Origin: a virus
Strand: one strand, 5' to 3'
IMG/VR virus record: IMGVR_UViG_3300032268_001605
Span: 32,001-96,000 of that record
DNA length: 64,000 bases
Shown: positions 52,519 through 62,095 of the stretch, piece after piece
How positions within the stretch are numbered: position 1 is the stretch's first letter
Layout: each line of letters starts with the position of its first letter
Translations under genes and position numbers: made by a program
Notes under the pieces: generated by a model
Seen by the model: the letters and a program-made list of their open reading frames with translations, nothing else
Told to the model about the DNA's origin: nothing
Database searches by the model: none

Positions 52519-52614
52519 ACCTTATATATATTTTGATTATCTTTTCTTTCAACTATAAGTTAATTTTAGAACTTAATAATTAAAAATAATATAAATAAAA
52601 AAAATATTTATATT

Positions 52615-52830
52615 ATGGGAAAAAATGCAAAAGAACATAGAAAAAAAGTAGCTAAAAGAAATCAAAAAATTAGTGAATCCAAAAAAGTTCAAGAAAAATA
52701 TGCTATGGATTTTCTTATGAGAATGATACAAAAAGAAAAAGAAAAAGGTTTATTCAATAACCCAGTACAACCATTACCTCAAGAACCGAGTGTTGATACC
52801 ACAACAAATTATTCTGGACCACAAATTTAA
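52615..52830 (+). CDS. Small basic protein
   Basis: MGKNAKEHRKKVAKRN... Confidence 0.65.
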   Translation: MGKNAKEHRKKVAKRNQKISESKKVQEKYAMDFLMRMIQKEKEKGLFNNPVQPLPQEPSVDTTTNYSGPQI

Positions 52831-52838
52831 ATATTGAA

Positions 52839-53930
52839 ATGAAGTCTAATATCAAAGTTAATCTTAATATAAATAAAGATGATGAGAATTTGAATGATTA
52901 TCTTTATACCTGGTCAGAGTTAGGAACAAGACCTAGTAAAACTTCTATACACGGATTTTTTGATTCTGAGAAATTTTTAAAATATATCGAAGATAATTTT
53001 GATAAATTCGAAATATCTAATTTCACAGACATAATACCAAATGATGATATATCTATTATTAATCAAAGGACATTTTTGAACTTTCAGAATGGTATATTTT
53101 TAACATATACACATCTTGATAAAATACATGAACAAAGTTTAATAACCGATTTGTCTATTTTTTATACACGACACTCAGAAGAAAAAGTAACTGAAATTGT
53201 AAATCAAATATCTAGTTTATCGCTTCAAAATGTGGATGAAGAAGAAGATTTACAAGATAATATCAAAAGTGATTTAAATATACTTGATTATGGTCAAAAT
53301 GGTTTTGAATTAGAAAAGCTCAACGATACTGAGAATTACGAAAATATAGAATACTTTTTCGAAGACTCTATACTCAAGGACACAAAAAGGGTTATTAAGA
53401 GTATAAATAAGAGTAAGAGTGGACTAACTATACTCTGTGGAGAAAGAGGGTGTGGTAAGACAACATTGCTTTCATATATTGCATCAAATTCCAAGAAGAA
53501 TAAAATATTTATACCAAGTACCCTTATAGAAAATTCAATTAACAATTTTGAATTCAGAAAGTTTTTGAAGAAAAATAAAAATGTGATACTTTTATTAGAT
53601 GACGTAGAGTTATATTTCAGTAAGATTTATTCAAAATCAAATTCTTACACCAATAATCTACTTCAATTAGTAGATGGGATATCTGCAAAAGATTTGGATA
53701 TAAATATTATTTTATCTCTGAATTGTAGTATAGAAGAAATTGATAAAAATCTTTTGGAATCTAATTCTCTATTAGATATAATCGAAGTCGGTAAACTATC
53801 AGAAAACAAAGGTAAAGAGTTGTGTGAATTCCTGGATCATAAGAGTTACCTCAAGGGTAAGAATAAAATAATAGATTTTTTAAAAAATAGAGTTTCTAAG
53901 TCCACGAATGTGGAACTAGGTTTCAAATGA
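52839..53930 (+). CDS. AAA+ ATPase
   Basis: Motifs GERGCGKT, LLLDDVE and LLQLVDG. Confidence 0.8.
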   Translation: MKSNIKVNLNINKDDENLNDYLYTWSELGTRPSKTSIHGFFDSEKFLKYIEDNFDKFEISNFTDIIPNDDISIINQRTFLNFQNGIFLTYTHLDKIHEQSLITDLSIFYTRHSEEKVTEIVNQISSLSLQNVDEEEDLQDNIKSDLNILDYGQNGFELEKLNDTENYENIEYFFEDSILKDTKRVIKSINKSKSGLTILCGERGCGKTTLLSYIASNSKKNKIFIPSTLIENSINNFEFRKFLKKNKNVILLLDDVELYFSKIYSKSNSYTNNLLQLVDGISAKDLDINIILSLNCSIEEIDKNLLESNSLLDIIEVGKLSENKGKELCEFLDHKSYLKGKNKIIDFLKNRVSKSTNVELGFK

Positions 53931-54124
53931 ACTACTTATCGGTTAAAGACTGATAAGTTTCAGGAGACTTCAGCTCCTTCTTTTTTGGACGTTTCGCCGA
54001 TTTTGCCTGTTAAAACTGGTCTTATTTCATCTCCACGTCTGTAATCGTTGGTTCCCAACGATATATTTTTAATTCCTTCTTTAAGGATATTTTTACTTGC
54101 GTTTAAATCTCTATCTAATTTAGT
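53928..54124 (-). mobile_element. Remnant of an IS200/IS605-family element: tnpB 3' end, omegaRNA region and right end
   Basis: Minus-strand translation TKLDRDLNASKNILKEG...; subterminal hairpin at 53934-53958; ends in GTAGTTCA. Confidence 0.8.
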
Positions 54125-54232
54125 ACTTTTTAAACTTTTTTGAATTATTCAGTAAAATAATTAACAAATTCATCACACAATCTAAATATTTGTGTGTTTT
54201 ACGATTAGTAATATAAAATATATATACATAAA

Positions 54233-54571
54233 GTGAAAAATCTTTCGGATAAAGACATACTGGACTACTTGATGACATCCGAATTCAACGAGGGTTTAAC
54301 CCCAGATGAGTTCAAATTTTTATTACTTAGATTTAGATATCACTATCGAGTAATTTATGGTATTAATCAGAATCTAAGGGTTGAATTAGATGGATCGAAA
54401 AGATCATTGGATGAAAAAGAAATCATTACAAGAAAAGAGATAGATAATCTCAACACCGAAATATGGAGAAGTGAAAAAAAATATAATCAATTGATAAATA
54501 GAAAACTTACTTGGAAAGAAAGAATAAAAGGAAAAATTATTATACAAGAAAATGAAATTAGACGAATTTAA
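54233..54571 (+). CDS. Coiled-coil hypothetical protein
   Basis: 112-aa ORF ending RKLTWKERI.G. Confidence 0.65.
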   Translation: MKNLSDKDILDYLMTSEFNEGLTPDEFKFLLLRFRYHYRVIYGINQNLRVELDGSKRSLDEKEIITRKEIDNLNTEIWRSEKKYNQLINRKLTWKERIKGKIIIQENEIRRI

Positions 54572-55676
54572 AAAATTAGAAAATACCATTCAAAATCAAG
54601 ATTTTAATAGAAATTACAAGAACATCAATCAGGTGATGCTTTACCTGTCTATTTTTGGACAGTTTGCCTCAATTTTTCTTGCTTATTTCTTAGTATCAAA
54701 AGTCCTATCTAGTGCCATCGAAAGTCCGGTTTTAGTTTCTATTGCCTCTGTAATTTTATTGGGTGGACTTGAATTACTTAAGAGAGAAGTCTTCGACAAG
54801 TTTAGTTTAAATCAACTTAAAACAAAAAGCTTTTTCACTAAAGATGTTTTGCCTCTACTTATAACAAGTACTTTCTTGATATCACTTTCATTTTACTCAT
54901 CCTTAAAGGGAGCAGAGGAGTTCTCATCAAAGGCTGAGGAAATAGAAATAAAAGCAGACACAACATTGAAAAAATATGAAGATAGTCTGACACTGAAGTT
55001 GAATAATGACTTGGCAAAAGTTGACGATGAAATAACACTTCTGAAATCAAAAATAAATGAGAAGGATAAGGAACAAACTGATATTGAATCTTCCGAACCT
55101 ATGAGTTATCAACAAAGAAACCGTGTAAAAGATTTAAAACAAGAAAAATCTGAAATTAAATTAGAAATTACCAAATTAGAAGACTCAAAAAAGGCAATCA
55201 AAGATGGATCAATAGTAGAGATTGAAGATTACAAGAACAACATAGACTCCAAAGTAAAGGATGAGAAAAGGGAAAATAGCACCAACTCATTTTTGTTTGT
55301 TATAATATCGACATTAATAGAAATTTTAATTCTTAGTGGTGTATATTTTAACCAATACTATATTTACAGAAGTTATGATGATTATAGAAAGAAGATTGAG
55401 AAGGATCCAAATTTCCAAAAATGGATAAACTATAACATAGTATTAGATGTGATATTTAGTTCTGAGACTAAAATAAACGACAGATTACCATCAAATAAAA
55501 CAATTCAAGAGTTATGTAAGGTGAATGGATTGATATTATTGAATAAAGATATGATAGAACTCACCAAGCTTTTTGTTTCCTTAGGTATAGTTAAGACTTC
55601 TGGTAGTAGTAAATATATATCAAAATCGAAAGAAAATTCACAAGAATCTTTAAGAATATATTTCAAAATTGATTAA
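54552..55676 (+). CDS. Membrane protein with coiled coil
   Basis: Three N-terminal hydrophobic helices, a coiled coil and a fourth helix. Confidence 0.7.
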   Translation: MKLDEFKKLENTIQNQDFNRNYKNINQVMLYLSIFGQFASIFLAYFLVSKVLSSAIESPVLVSIASVILLGGLELLKREVFDKFSLNQLKTKSFFTKDVLPLLITSTFLISLSFYSSLKGAEEFSSKAEEIEIKADTTLKKYEDSLTLKLNNDLAKVDDEITLLKSKINEKDKEQTDIESSEPMSYQQRNRVKDLKQEKSEIKLEITKLEDSKKAIKDGSIVEIEDYKNNIDSKVKDEKRENSTNSFLFVIISTLIEILILSGVYFNQYYIYRSYDDYRKKIEKDPNFQKWINYNIVLDVIFSSETKINDRLPSNKTIQELCKVNGLILLNKDMIELTKLFVSLGIVKTSGSSKYISKSKENSQESLRIYFKID

Positions 55677-55726
55677 AAATGAGTGAGAGAAACATATTTT
55701 AATATATAAAAAAAAAATATTAAGCT

Positions 55727-55957
55727 ATGTTGAAAGAAAATGTCGACCATTTAGATAACTATGACGAATTGTTAGCTATTTTGATAAACGAAGTTGAAGT
55801 TGATGGAAAAAAAGTTTACCTCAAAGAAGAATTCGAAAAGTTTTTTGTCAAAGGTAACAAAACTGCTGGAACAAGAGTCAGAAAAATTATGCAATTTTTA
55901 AGAAAGAAAGCCGAAAATATCAGAAAAGATATTCAGAATTACAAAAAAGACATCTAA
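55727..55957 (+). CDS. Histone H1-like Hc1-family nucleoid protein
   Basis: EKFFVKGNKTAGTRVRKIMQ..RK.A..IR..IQ. Confidence 0.8.
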   Translation: MLKENVDHLDNYDELLAILINEVEVDGKKVYLKEEFEKFFVKGNKTAGTRVRKIMQFLRKKAENIRKDIQNYKKDI

Positions 55958-55993
55958 AATAAAACTCCACAAATTTGTGGAGTTTTATTTTTT
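55956..55993. terminator. Palindromic terminator
   Basis: aaaataaaactccacaaatttgtggagttttatttt. Confidence 0.8.
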
Positions 55994-56027
55994 TATATAT
56001 AGAAACAAAATCAAATTATAATTCAAG

Positions 56028-56606
56028 ATGAAAAAATTCAGCACTGTCATAAATCAGAAAATATCTGAAGAACCAAGACCACAAATAAATGTTCAGGAAC
56101 AAAAAATTAATTTATTAAGAGAGAAGCTAGTAAAATTGATGAATGATTTTCTCAAAATTCAAGGTTCGGGTGCAGCTCGTAGCGAGCTAGTAAATAGTGC
56201 TATTTCAATAACTGGTCAAGAAAACTTAGCTGATGCAATAATTGATTTGATATCAAATGAATTCGGGGAAGAGAAAATTAACCTATTAGAGTCTCTTAAA
56301 TTTGAAATCAATGACTGGTACACACTAGATAGTAAAATTCATCAGATTAACGAGGGAATCATCAATGAAAAAAATCAAAAAGACTTGAATCTCGAAAAAA
56401 AATTAATCTCATTTTTAGAAATTTATAGTGATGATAGAGAATTTGAAGTAATTGCTGAAAACTATTCAAAAAGAATTAAAAACAATAGAGAAATTCAGAA
56501 TAGAATTATTGTAGCAGAATCTATCCTTAATGACACAAAATATAATAGGATTCAAAAGGATAAAATCAAAAGTCTGATACAAATTTTCAAAAAAAGAATT
56601 TCCTAA
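56028..56606 (+). CDS. Hypothetical protein (MKKFS leader)
   Basis: 192-aa ORF after a TATATATA box. Confidence 0.65.
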   Translation: MKKFSTVINQKISEEPRPQINVQEQKINLLREKLVKLMNDFLKIQGSGAARSELVNSAISITGQENLADAIIDLISNEFGEEKINLLESLKFEINDWYTLDSKIHQINEGIINEKNQKDLNLEKKLISFLEIYSDDREFEVIAENYSKRIKNNREIQNRIIVAESILNDTKYNRIQKDKIKSLIQIFKKRIS

Positions 56607-56609
56607 AAG

Positions 56610-57197
56610 TTGCAACAGATAAATCTACTCAATCAGTTTTTTGATTTAATTTTTGTTGAAAAATTAGAAGGTAAACTTAATTTTTCTAAGACAATAAAGA
56701 ACAAAAACTCTTTCAAGATAGTAGACGAATATGTTGAATATAAATTAGATACAATAAAACTTGATACAATATTCCAAAATTTAATCAAGGACTTAAGTAA
56801 TTTCAAAAAAATCAATAAGATTAAATCAAGATTCGATAAACGAAATTTTATTGAAAAAATTCTTTTTAAGAATGATTACACAAATATTTTCAAAAAAATC
56901 AAGTTAATATCACAGAATTATTCATGGATAATCATTCCAACAAAACATCTGAATATAATTACCAAATCTGACTTTTACGTCGAAAATAGTGAAAACAGAC
57001 TATCACACAACCCACTAATAAGTTGTGTTGGTAAGTTTGAAAATTTGAATCTATATCTTAATCCAAATGTGGAATCTGATAAACTCATCTTTGGTAATTA
57101 TGATTCGGCTACAATCCTGGTAAAAATAGAAAACGAACTTGAAGTTGGTTATACACTGTTGGAAAACACCGAAATCACTGAATTACAAATCATTTAA
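56610..57197 (+). CDS. Hypothetical protein
   Basis: 195-aa ORF with a TTG start. Confidence 0.55.
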   Translation: MQQINLLNQFFDLIFVEKLEGKLNFSKTIKNKNSFKIVDEYVEYKLDTIKLDTIFQNLIKDLSNFKKINKIKSRFDKRNFIEKILFKNDYTNIFKKIKLISQNYSWIIIPTKHLNIITKSDFYVENSENRLSHNPLISCVGKFENLNLYLNPNVESDKLIFGNYDSATILVKIENELEVGYTLLENTEITELQII

Positions 57198-58133
57198 TAT
57201 ATCATCGATAAAAGAATCTCTTAATACGCTAATTGTCTCAAAGTCTCTAAAATAGTAGAATCTGTTTTTATCAAAATCATTCTTGATTTCAATCCTTAGA
57301 GATCCGCCATCTAAACTAGATGATAACACTTCATAGACATTATTCAATGTTAATTCTTCCAAATTCTCGGAATTTACACTTATACATTTTACTCTATCAC
57401 CATTTTGAATTGAAAGAATTCTCTTTCTTAATTCATTCTTCAAAGTCAGACTTAGATGCTCTAAATTCACTTTTCTAAAATCAGAGTCACCTTCGCTTAA
57501 CTTCTCAACTACAAAATCAATAATTGATTTAGTTCTTTGGACTTCTTTAGAAATAGACAAGTCTGGATCTGATAAAAGTTTAGTATACCAATTCTTTACT
57601 CTACCAATATTTTGCTCCTCTATTTCAATTTCATTCTGAATGCAATAGTTTGCGATTATAGCAGAAGAACGGAATAGATTGTCACCATATCTTTTCTTAC
57701 TCCTTCTATTAGGATTTTCGCCACTTAGTGTGAGCCATCTAGGTGAATTGATGAATTTTTGGAAACTAGCTTTAGTTTTATTTCTGAAAACTTTTTTCGC
57801 ATCTTCATCGATAGAAAATTTCAGTAGAATATTTTGTAAATCCAAATTTTTTATTTTTTTCTTATAAAAAACTTCTTGTTCGAATCTTTGTGTATTCAAA
57901 ATAAAATCAATGAAATCTAAATAAATGTGCAATTTATAGGTTCTTGCTTCGTCTCTAACATTCCGGATTAAATCTTCATTTTGATTATAGGCTGCCGTAT
58001 ACAAAATACCATTTGCAATGAACTCATATTTTTTTTGATTCAGATTTTTGTATTCTTCAAGTATTGGGAATAGTTTGATTGACTTTTCCAATTTTATTAA
58101 ATTCAATTGTATAATTTCTGATGTAAGTTTCAT
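57183..58133 (-). CDS. Hypothetical protein with C-terminal SH3-like (DUF6501-like) domain and RDSFIDDIL tail
   Basis: GDRVKCI...LTLNNVYEV...IKND; host-type promoter TTTG-N20-TATATTTG at 58147-58178 (-). Confidence 0.6.
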   Translation of the reverse strand: MKLTSEIIQLNLIKLEKSIKLFPILEEYKNLNQKKYEFIANGILYTAAYNQNEDLIRNVRDEARTYKLHIYLDFIDFILNTQRFEQEVFYKKKIKNLDLQNILLKFSIDEDAKKVFRNKTKASFQKFINSPRWLTLSGENPNRRSKKRYGDNLFRSSAIIANYCIQNEIEIEEQNIGRVKNWYTKLLSDPDLSISKEVQRTKSIIDFVVEKLSEGDSDFRKVNLEHLSLTLKNELRKRILSIQNGDRVKCISVNSENLEELTLNNVYEVLSSSLDGGSLRIEIKNDFDKNRFYYFRDFETISVLRDSFIDDILNDL

Positions 58134-58228
58134 GTGTAATTTTTTACAAATATATTTATTATTTACCAAACTACCAAATTTTTTTCAAAGTTTAATTTAC
58201 CATCTGTAAATCTTAATATATACTAAAT

Positions 58229-59620
58229 ATGAAAAAGTATTCTGAAACTTTTATTAATAACATTGATGTACTCAAACATGCTCGTATTGGTATGGAATTC
58301 GAGTTCTATATGACAGACCTGTCTTATTATAAAACACTCGAACTTCTAAATCAATATTTAGCACCCGTAAAGGTTTGGGGATTTAGACAATATCACTCAG
58401 ACTTTACGCCTGATGCTCAAAATTTCAAAATTGAACCAGATTTGTCTGGTGGATCAAATATGGTTGAGTTAGTAACAGGACCGATGGATTATTTTTCAGC
58501 TAAACATTACCTTGTCAAGATAATCAAATTTATACAAGACTATGGATACACAAATGAGAAATCATCTATTCACTTTAATATTTCCTTCGACGAGAGTATT
58601 GATAAAAATCTAAATAGCTTAAACATACTTAAATTAATACTTTCGATTGACGAAGATGAGATTTATAGGGTTTATCCATCAAGAAAAGGTAATGTTTATG
58701 CCAAGAGTGTAAAGAAAATTATCCCATTCAAGGAATTTGACTTCAACAGTATAAGCACTGAGATTGTAAAAAACACACTCAGACTACCAAATGATAAATA
58801 TTATGGTATAAACTTTTTACATATTAATAATTCCAGAGACAGTCAAAGATTAGAGTTTCGCTATATTGGTGGAAAGGAATATGAAAAAAACACAGGGCAG
58901 TTAATTTATTTTATGGATAGATTTATAATAGATACTTATAAATCTATTGGAACAAGTTTTACAAATGATGAAATGTTGGAACTAGAAGAAATTTTAAGTA
59001 TGAATATAAGTAATTTTAAGAATCTTTCTAAATATGACAACTTCATCATTGATTTTCCGGGTATTGTTTTACAAGTAGATCAAAATTATATTTATGACTT
59101 GATAAATGCTTATTACCCAAGAATGTATTCAAAATTATTTACACTGATAGATTCTACTGATTCATTGAAAGATTGCATTATTAACTACACTACAGCAACT
59201 CAAAGATTTGAAATTGTTGATGCTCAAGTCAAAATTACACAAAATATCAATGATTTTGATTTTATAAACTGTACAATACAGGATGGGATATTCGAAAATT
59301 GCCATTTTGTTAACTCAGAAATTAATAATTGTCAGATTGTAAAATCAAAACTACATGGTACAGAAGTAAATAAAACAAAACTACTCAATTGTAATGTCGA
59401 AGCTTCAATAATCAAAGACTGTTTTTTCATGAATGGTTATTTGAATAGTGATATGATTGGTGGTGTATTTAGAAGTGGCAAATTAGGCCCTTATGCAAAC
59501 ATCAGCTCTGAGACCAAGATTGTGACACAGGGTGGTAATTTCTTTGATACGAGTTATGACGATGATGAAAAATATGACTACAAAAAAGATAAAGGTGTGA
59601 TTAGTGCCTTTAAAAAATAG
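58229..59620 (+). CDS. Putative amidoligase (COOH-NH2 ligase family) with beta-helix C-terminus
   Basis: Motifs IGMEFEF, EPDLS, ELVTGP, SIHFNIS and EFR; pentapeptide-like repeats in the C-terminus. Confidence 0.75.
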   Translation: MKKYSETFINNIDVLKHARIGMEFEFYMTDLSYYKTLELLNQYLAPVKVWGFRQYHSDFTPDAQNFKIEPDLSGGSNMVELVTGPMDYFSAKHYLVKIIKFIQDYGYTNEKSSIHFNISFDESIDKNLNSLNILKLILSIDEDEIYRVYPSRKGNVYAKSVKKIIPFKEFDFNSISTEIVKNTLRLPNDKYYGINFLHINNSRDSQRLEFRYIGGKEYEKNTGQLIYFMDRFIIDTYKSIGTSFTNDEMLELEEILSMNISNFKNLSKYDNFIIDFPGIVLQVDQNYIYDLINAYYPRMYSKLFTLIDSTDSLKDCIINYTTATQRFEIVDAQVKITQNINDFDFINCTIQDGIFENCHFVNSEINNCQIVKSKLHGTEVNKTKLLNCNVEASIIKDCFFMNGYLNSDMIGGVFRSGKLGPYANISSETKIVTQGGNFFDTSYDDDEKYDYKKDKGVISAFKK

Positions 59621-59622
59621 AC

Positions 59623-60502
59623 TTATGAATTATATCTTTTTAATAATTCATCTGATGTTATATCAGATTTCGAACCCTTTTTCAGATTTTCATCTTTGGT
59701 AATAACTCTAAGATTGTGATGAGATGCTATTATTCTATAGTCTATGTTATTGATAAATCCATCCGATATGGAATATATGTGATCTATATGAAATTTTTTT
59801 GAGTCATTTAATTTCAATTTACTATTTTCAATTTTTTCTAAATTTTTATTGAAATTGAATCTAGTTAAATATCTCACTTTTTTATTGTATATTTTAAACC
59901 TTTTAATTTTTTCAATTGGTATTCTCTGTGATTCATAATAACAATATCTACAAATTCTCCTGACTCTGAAGCTACACCATTTAATTTCAAAATTGTGTCC
60001 ATTACAACAAGTCAAATTCAATTCGGCAAACTTATTGGAGCCTTTTATTGAATTTAATATGAAATCAAATTCTTTGACTGAATTACTGACGTTCTCAAAA
60101 TATGATGAATTGATTCTTTTTATTTTTGACAGAATCTTTTTTTGAAGGATTGTTCTCACCACGATTTCTTTCTCTAAGAGATTCTTTCATCTTATACATT
60201 TTACTACTATCAAATAATTCTGACCAAGTTCTTTTATCTCCGAATCTTGGATTTTTCTCACCTGTCATTTGACAAGTTCGACAAATTTGTATTTTTTCAT
60301 TTACAGTACTGGATCTCTTCTCACTCAAGTGCTCTCTGGTTATGTTGTAAACTTTATTTGGTGTTCTACATTCAATTTTATCGCAAATATAGGATACTTT
60401 GTATCTTTGAGATCCTCTATCATATAATGAACTCAATGGTAAAATTTCGTATCCTAAAATCTTCTTTTTTTCTTTTATTGGTTTGTAAATTGATATTATC
60501 AT
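59623..60502 (-). pseudogene. Frameshifted NUMOD3/HNH homing endonuclease
   Basis: GEKNPRFG and GENNP in one frame; HIDH...NL..IT..EN..K in another; break at about 60100. Confidence 0.7.
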
Positions 60503-60598
60503 AAACATATATATAAATTCGCACAATGTTCCTGATGGATTTTAAAATAAAAATAAAATAATTTTTTTATATATAGTCTTATAAAAAAAATTATTAAA

Positions 60599-62092
60599 AT
60601 GGAAATAAAAAAATTTGGTAAATTCTACTTAATTCAAGAAGAAGAGGCTGCTGCTAGAATGCCTGTATCGGAATCATACTGGAAAGCTAAAGGTAAGAGT
60701 GGTAAAAATGTAGCTTTATACACCCACGATGATCTAGATGGTATTTTCAGCGCGTTAGAAATGAAAAAGTGGCTCCTAAACAAAGGATTTACAATTGTAA
60801 AATATGGCATCTTAAATTATTCAGATGGTTGGAAATACACAACTCTAGATCCAACACTAATTAATGTTGTTTTGGACTTTGCAAATATGCCTGGTGATGA
60901 AAGAGATGAATTAGTTGATTACTACTTAGATCACCACGGACTTTTCAGTGAAGAGGATAAATTGAAGTATAGAGATAAACCTGTACAGAAAATCAAATCT
61001 GATTCAGCTTATGAAGCAGTGTGTTTAGCTTTAGGTACACCACAAGATGATTTAGTTGCATCGGTAATAAAAATGATTGACGCAGCAAAATATACTGAGT
61101 ATGGTGTGTCTTGGCAGAGACTTTTGGATTTCAATTTATCTGAAATAAAGAAGTCTCCAAAAGTAAGATTAGAATTCGCTGCTGCCTTTAACCAGTTCCT
61201 AAAAAGAAGCGATACTAAAACAATTATTTCAGTAATTGACAATTGTAAAGACGTTTCAATTTACTCAATCTATAATGTAATGTCTAAAGTATCACCCTAT
61301 CACAACATTCCTAAAAGAGGACCGATGGCTGGGGAAATTGTTGATTTTAGAACAGATGCTCAAGGTAGGTTAGCTAAAATGCAAAAGATGACTAGAGGTG
61401 AATACTCAGACGTTGAAACAGAGACTGGGGAAATAATGAAGATGAAAAAGATTTATAAGAGTCAAGCAGAATTTTTGGGAGACTTTCAACAAGGAACAAA
61501 AATAAAATTACCTGGCTATCAAATAGTTGGTAAATTAGCCTTTGTACCTACTGGAACTTGGGCAAACGCTTTAAGAGCTAGGTCTATAATTGAAAAGGAT
61601 TTTCAAGATGGATTAATTTCTCAAGAACCTGATTTTATACTACTACAATATGGAGGTACATTACAAGTTTGTTCATACAAAAAAATGTCCGAAATACAAC
61701 AATTACCTATATTGAAAAGTGGTGCGGTTGTTAACGATTTAGGTGTATATATGACTAGTTTATTGGATAATTTCAGACAACATTTGGGTTACTACGATCC
61801 TGATACATCAACCGGACAAGATGAAATCACCGTATCGGGTGGGCATGGGGGTATTGGATCGATTTCAAATATTTTTGGTGAATGTAAGGTATCTAGTTGT
61901 AATGGATCTAGATTCATTGATATGTTCAAGAATAAAATTATTACTGACTTATCTGGAGTTGTCTTTAATATAAATCTCAAATGGGGTGATGCTACTGAGA
62001 GCAAAATGAAAGAACCTGAACAGGATTACAAGGTGATACCAACTAGTCAAGTCACTAAACTAGACAAATATGGAAATGTGACAACTTTTTAA
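60599..62092 (+). CDS. DHH-family phosphoesterase with leader peptide
   Basis: Motifs HDDLDG, LDFA, LDHH and GGH; leader MEIKKFGKF..IQEE. Confidence 0.75.
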   Translation: MEIKKFGKFYLIQEEEAAARMPVSESYWKAKGKSGKNVALYTHDDLDGIFSALEMKKWLLNKGFTIVKYGILNYSDGWKYTTLDPTLINVVLDFANMPGDERDELVDYYLDHHGLFSEEDKLKYRDKPVQKIKSDSAYEAVCLALGTPQDDLVASVIKMIDAAKYTEYGVSWQRLLDFNLSEIKKSPKVRLEFAAAFNQFLKRSDTKTIISVIDNCKDVSIYSIYNVMSKVSPYHNIPKRGPMAGEIVDFRTDAQGRLAKMQKMTRGEYSDVETETGEIMKMKKIYKSQAEFLGDFQQGTKIKLPGYQIVGKLAFVPTGTWANALRARSIIEKDFQDGLISQEPDFILLQYGGTLQVCSYKKMSEIQQLPILKSGAVVNDLGVYMTSLLDNFRQHLGYYDPDTSTGQDEITVSGGHGGIGSISNIFGECKVSSCNGSRFIDMFKNKIITDLSGVVFNINLKWGDATESKMKEPEQDYKVIPTSQVTKLDKYGNVTTF

Positions 62093-62095
62093 CAT

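Noticed and set aside
60095-60162. Programmed frameshift in the HNH gene
   Set aside because: No clear slippery heptamer with a stimulatory structure at the break; decay of a homing endonuclease is the simpler explanation.
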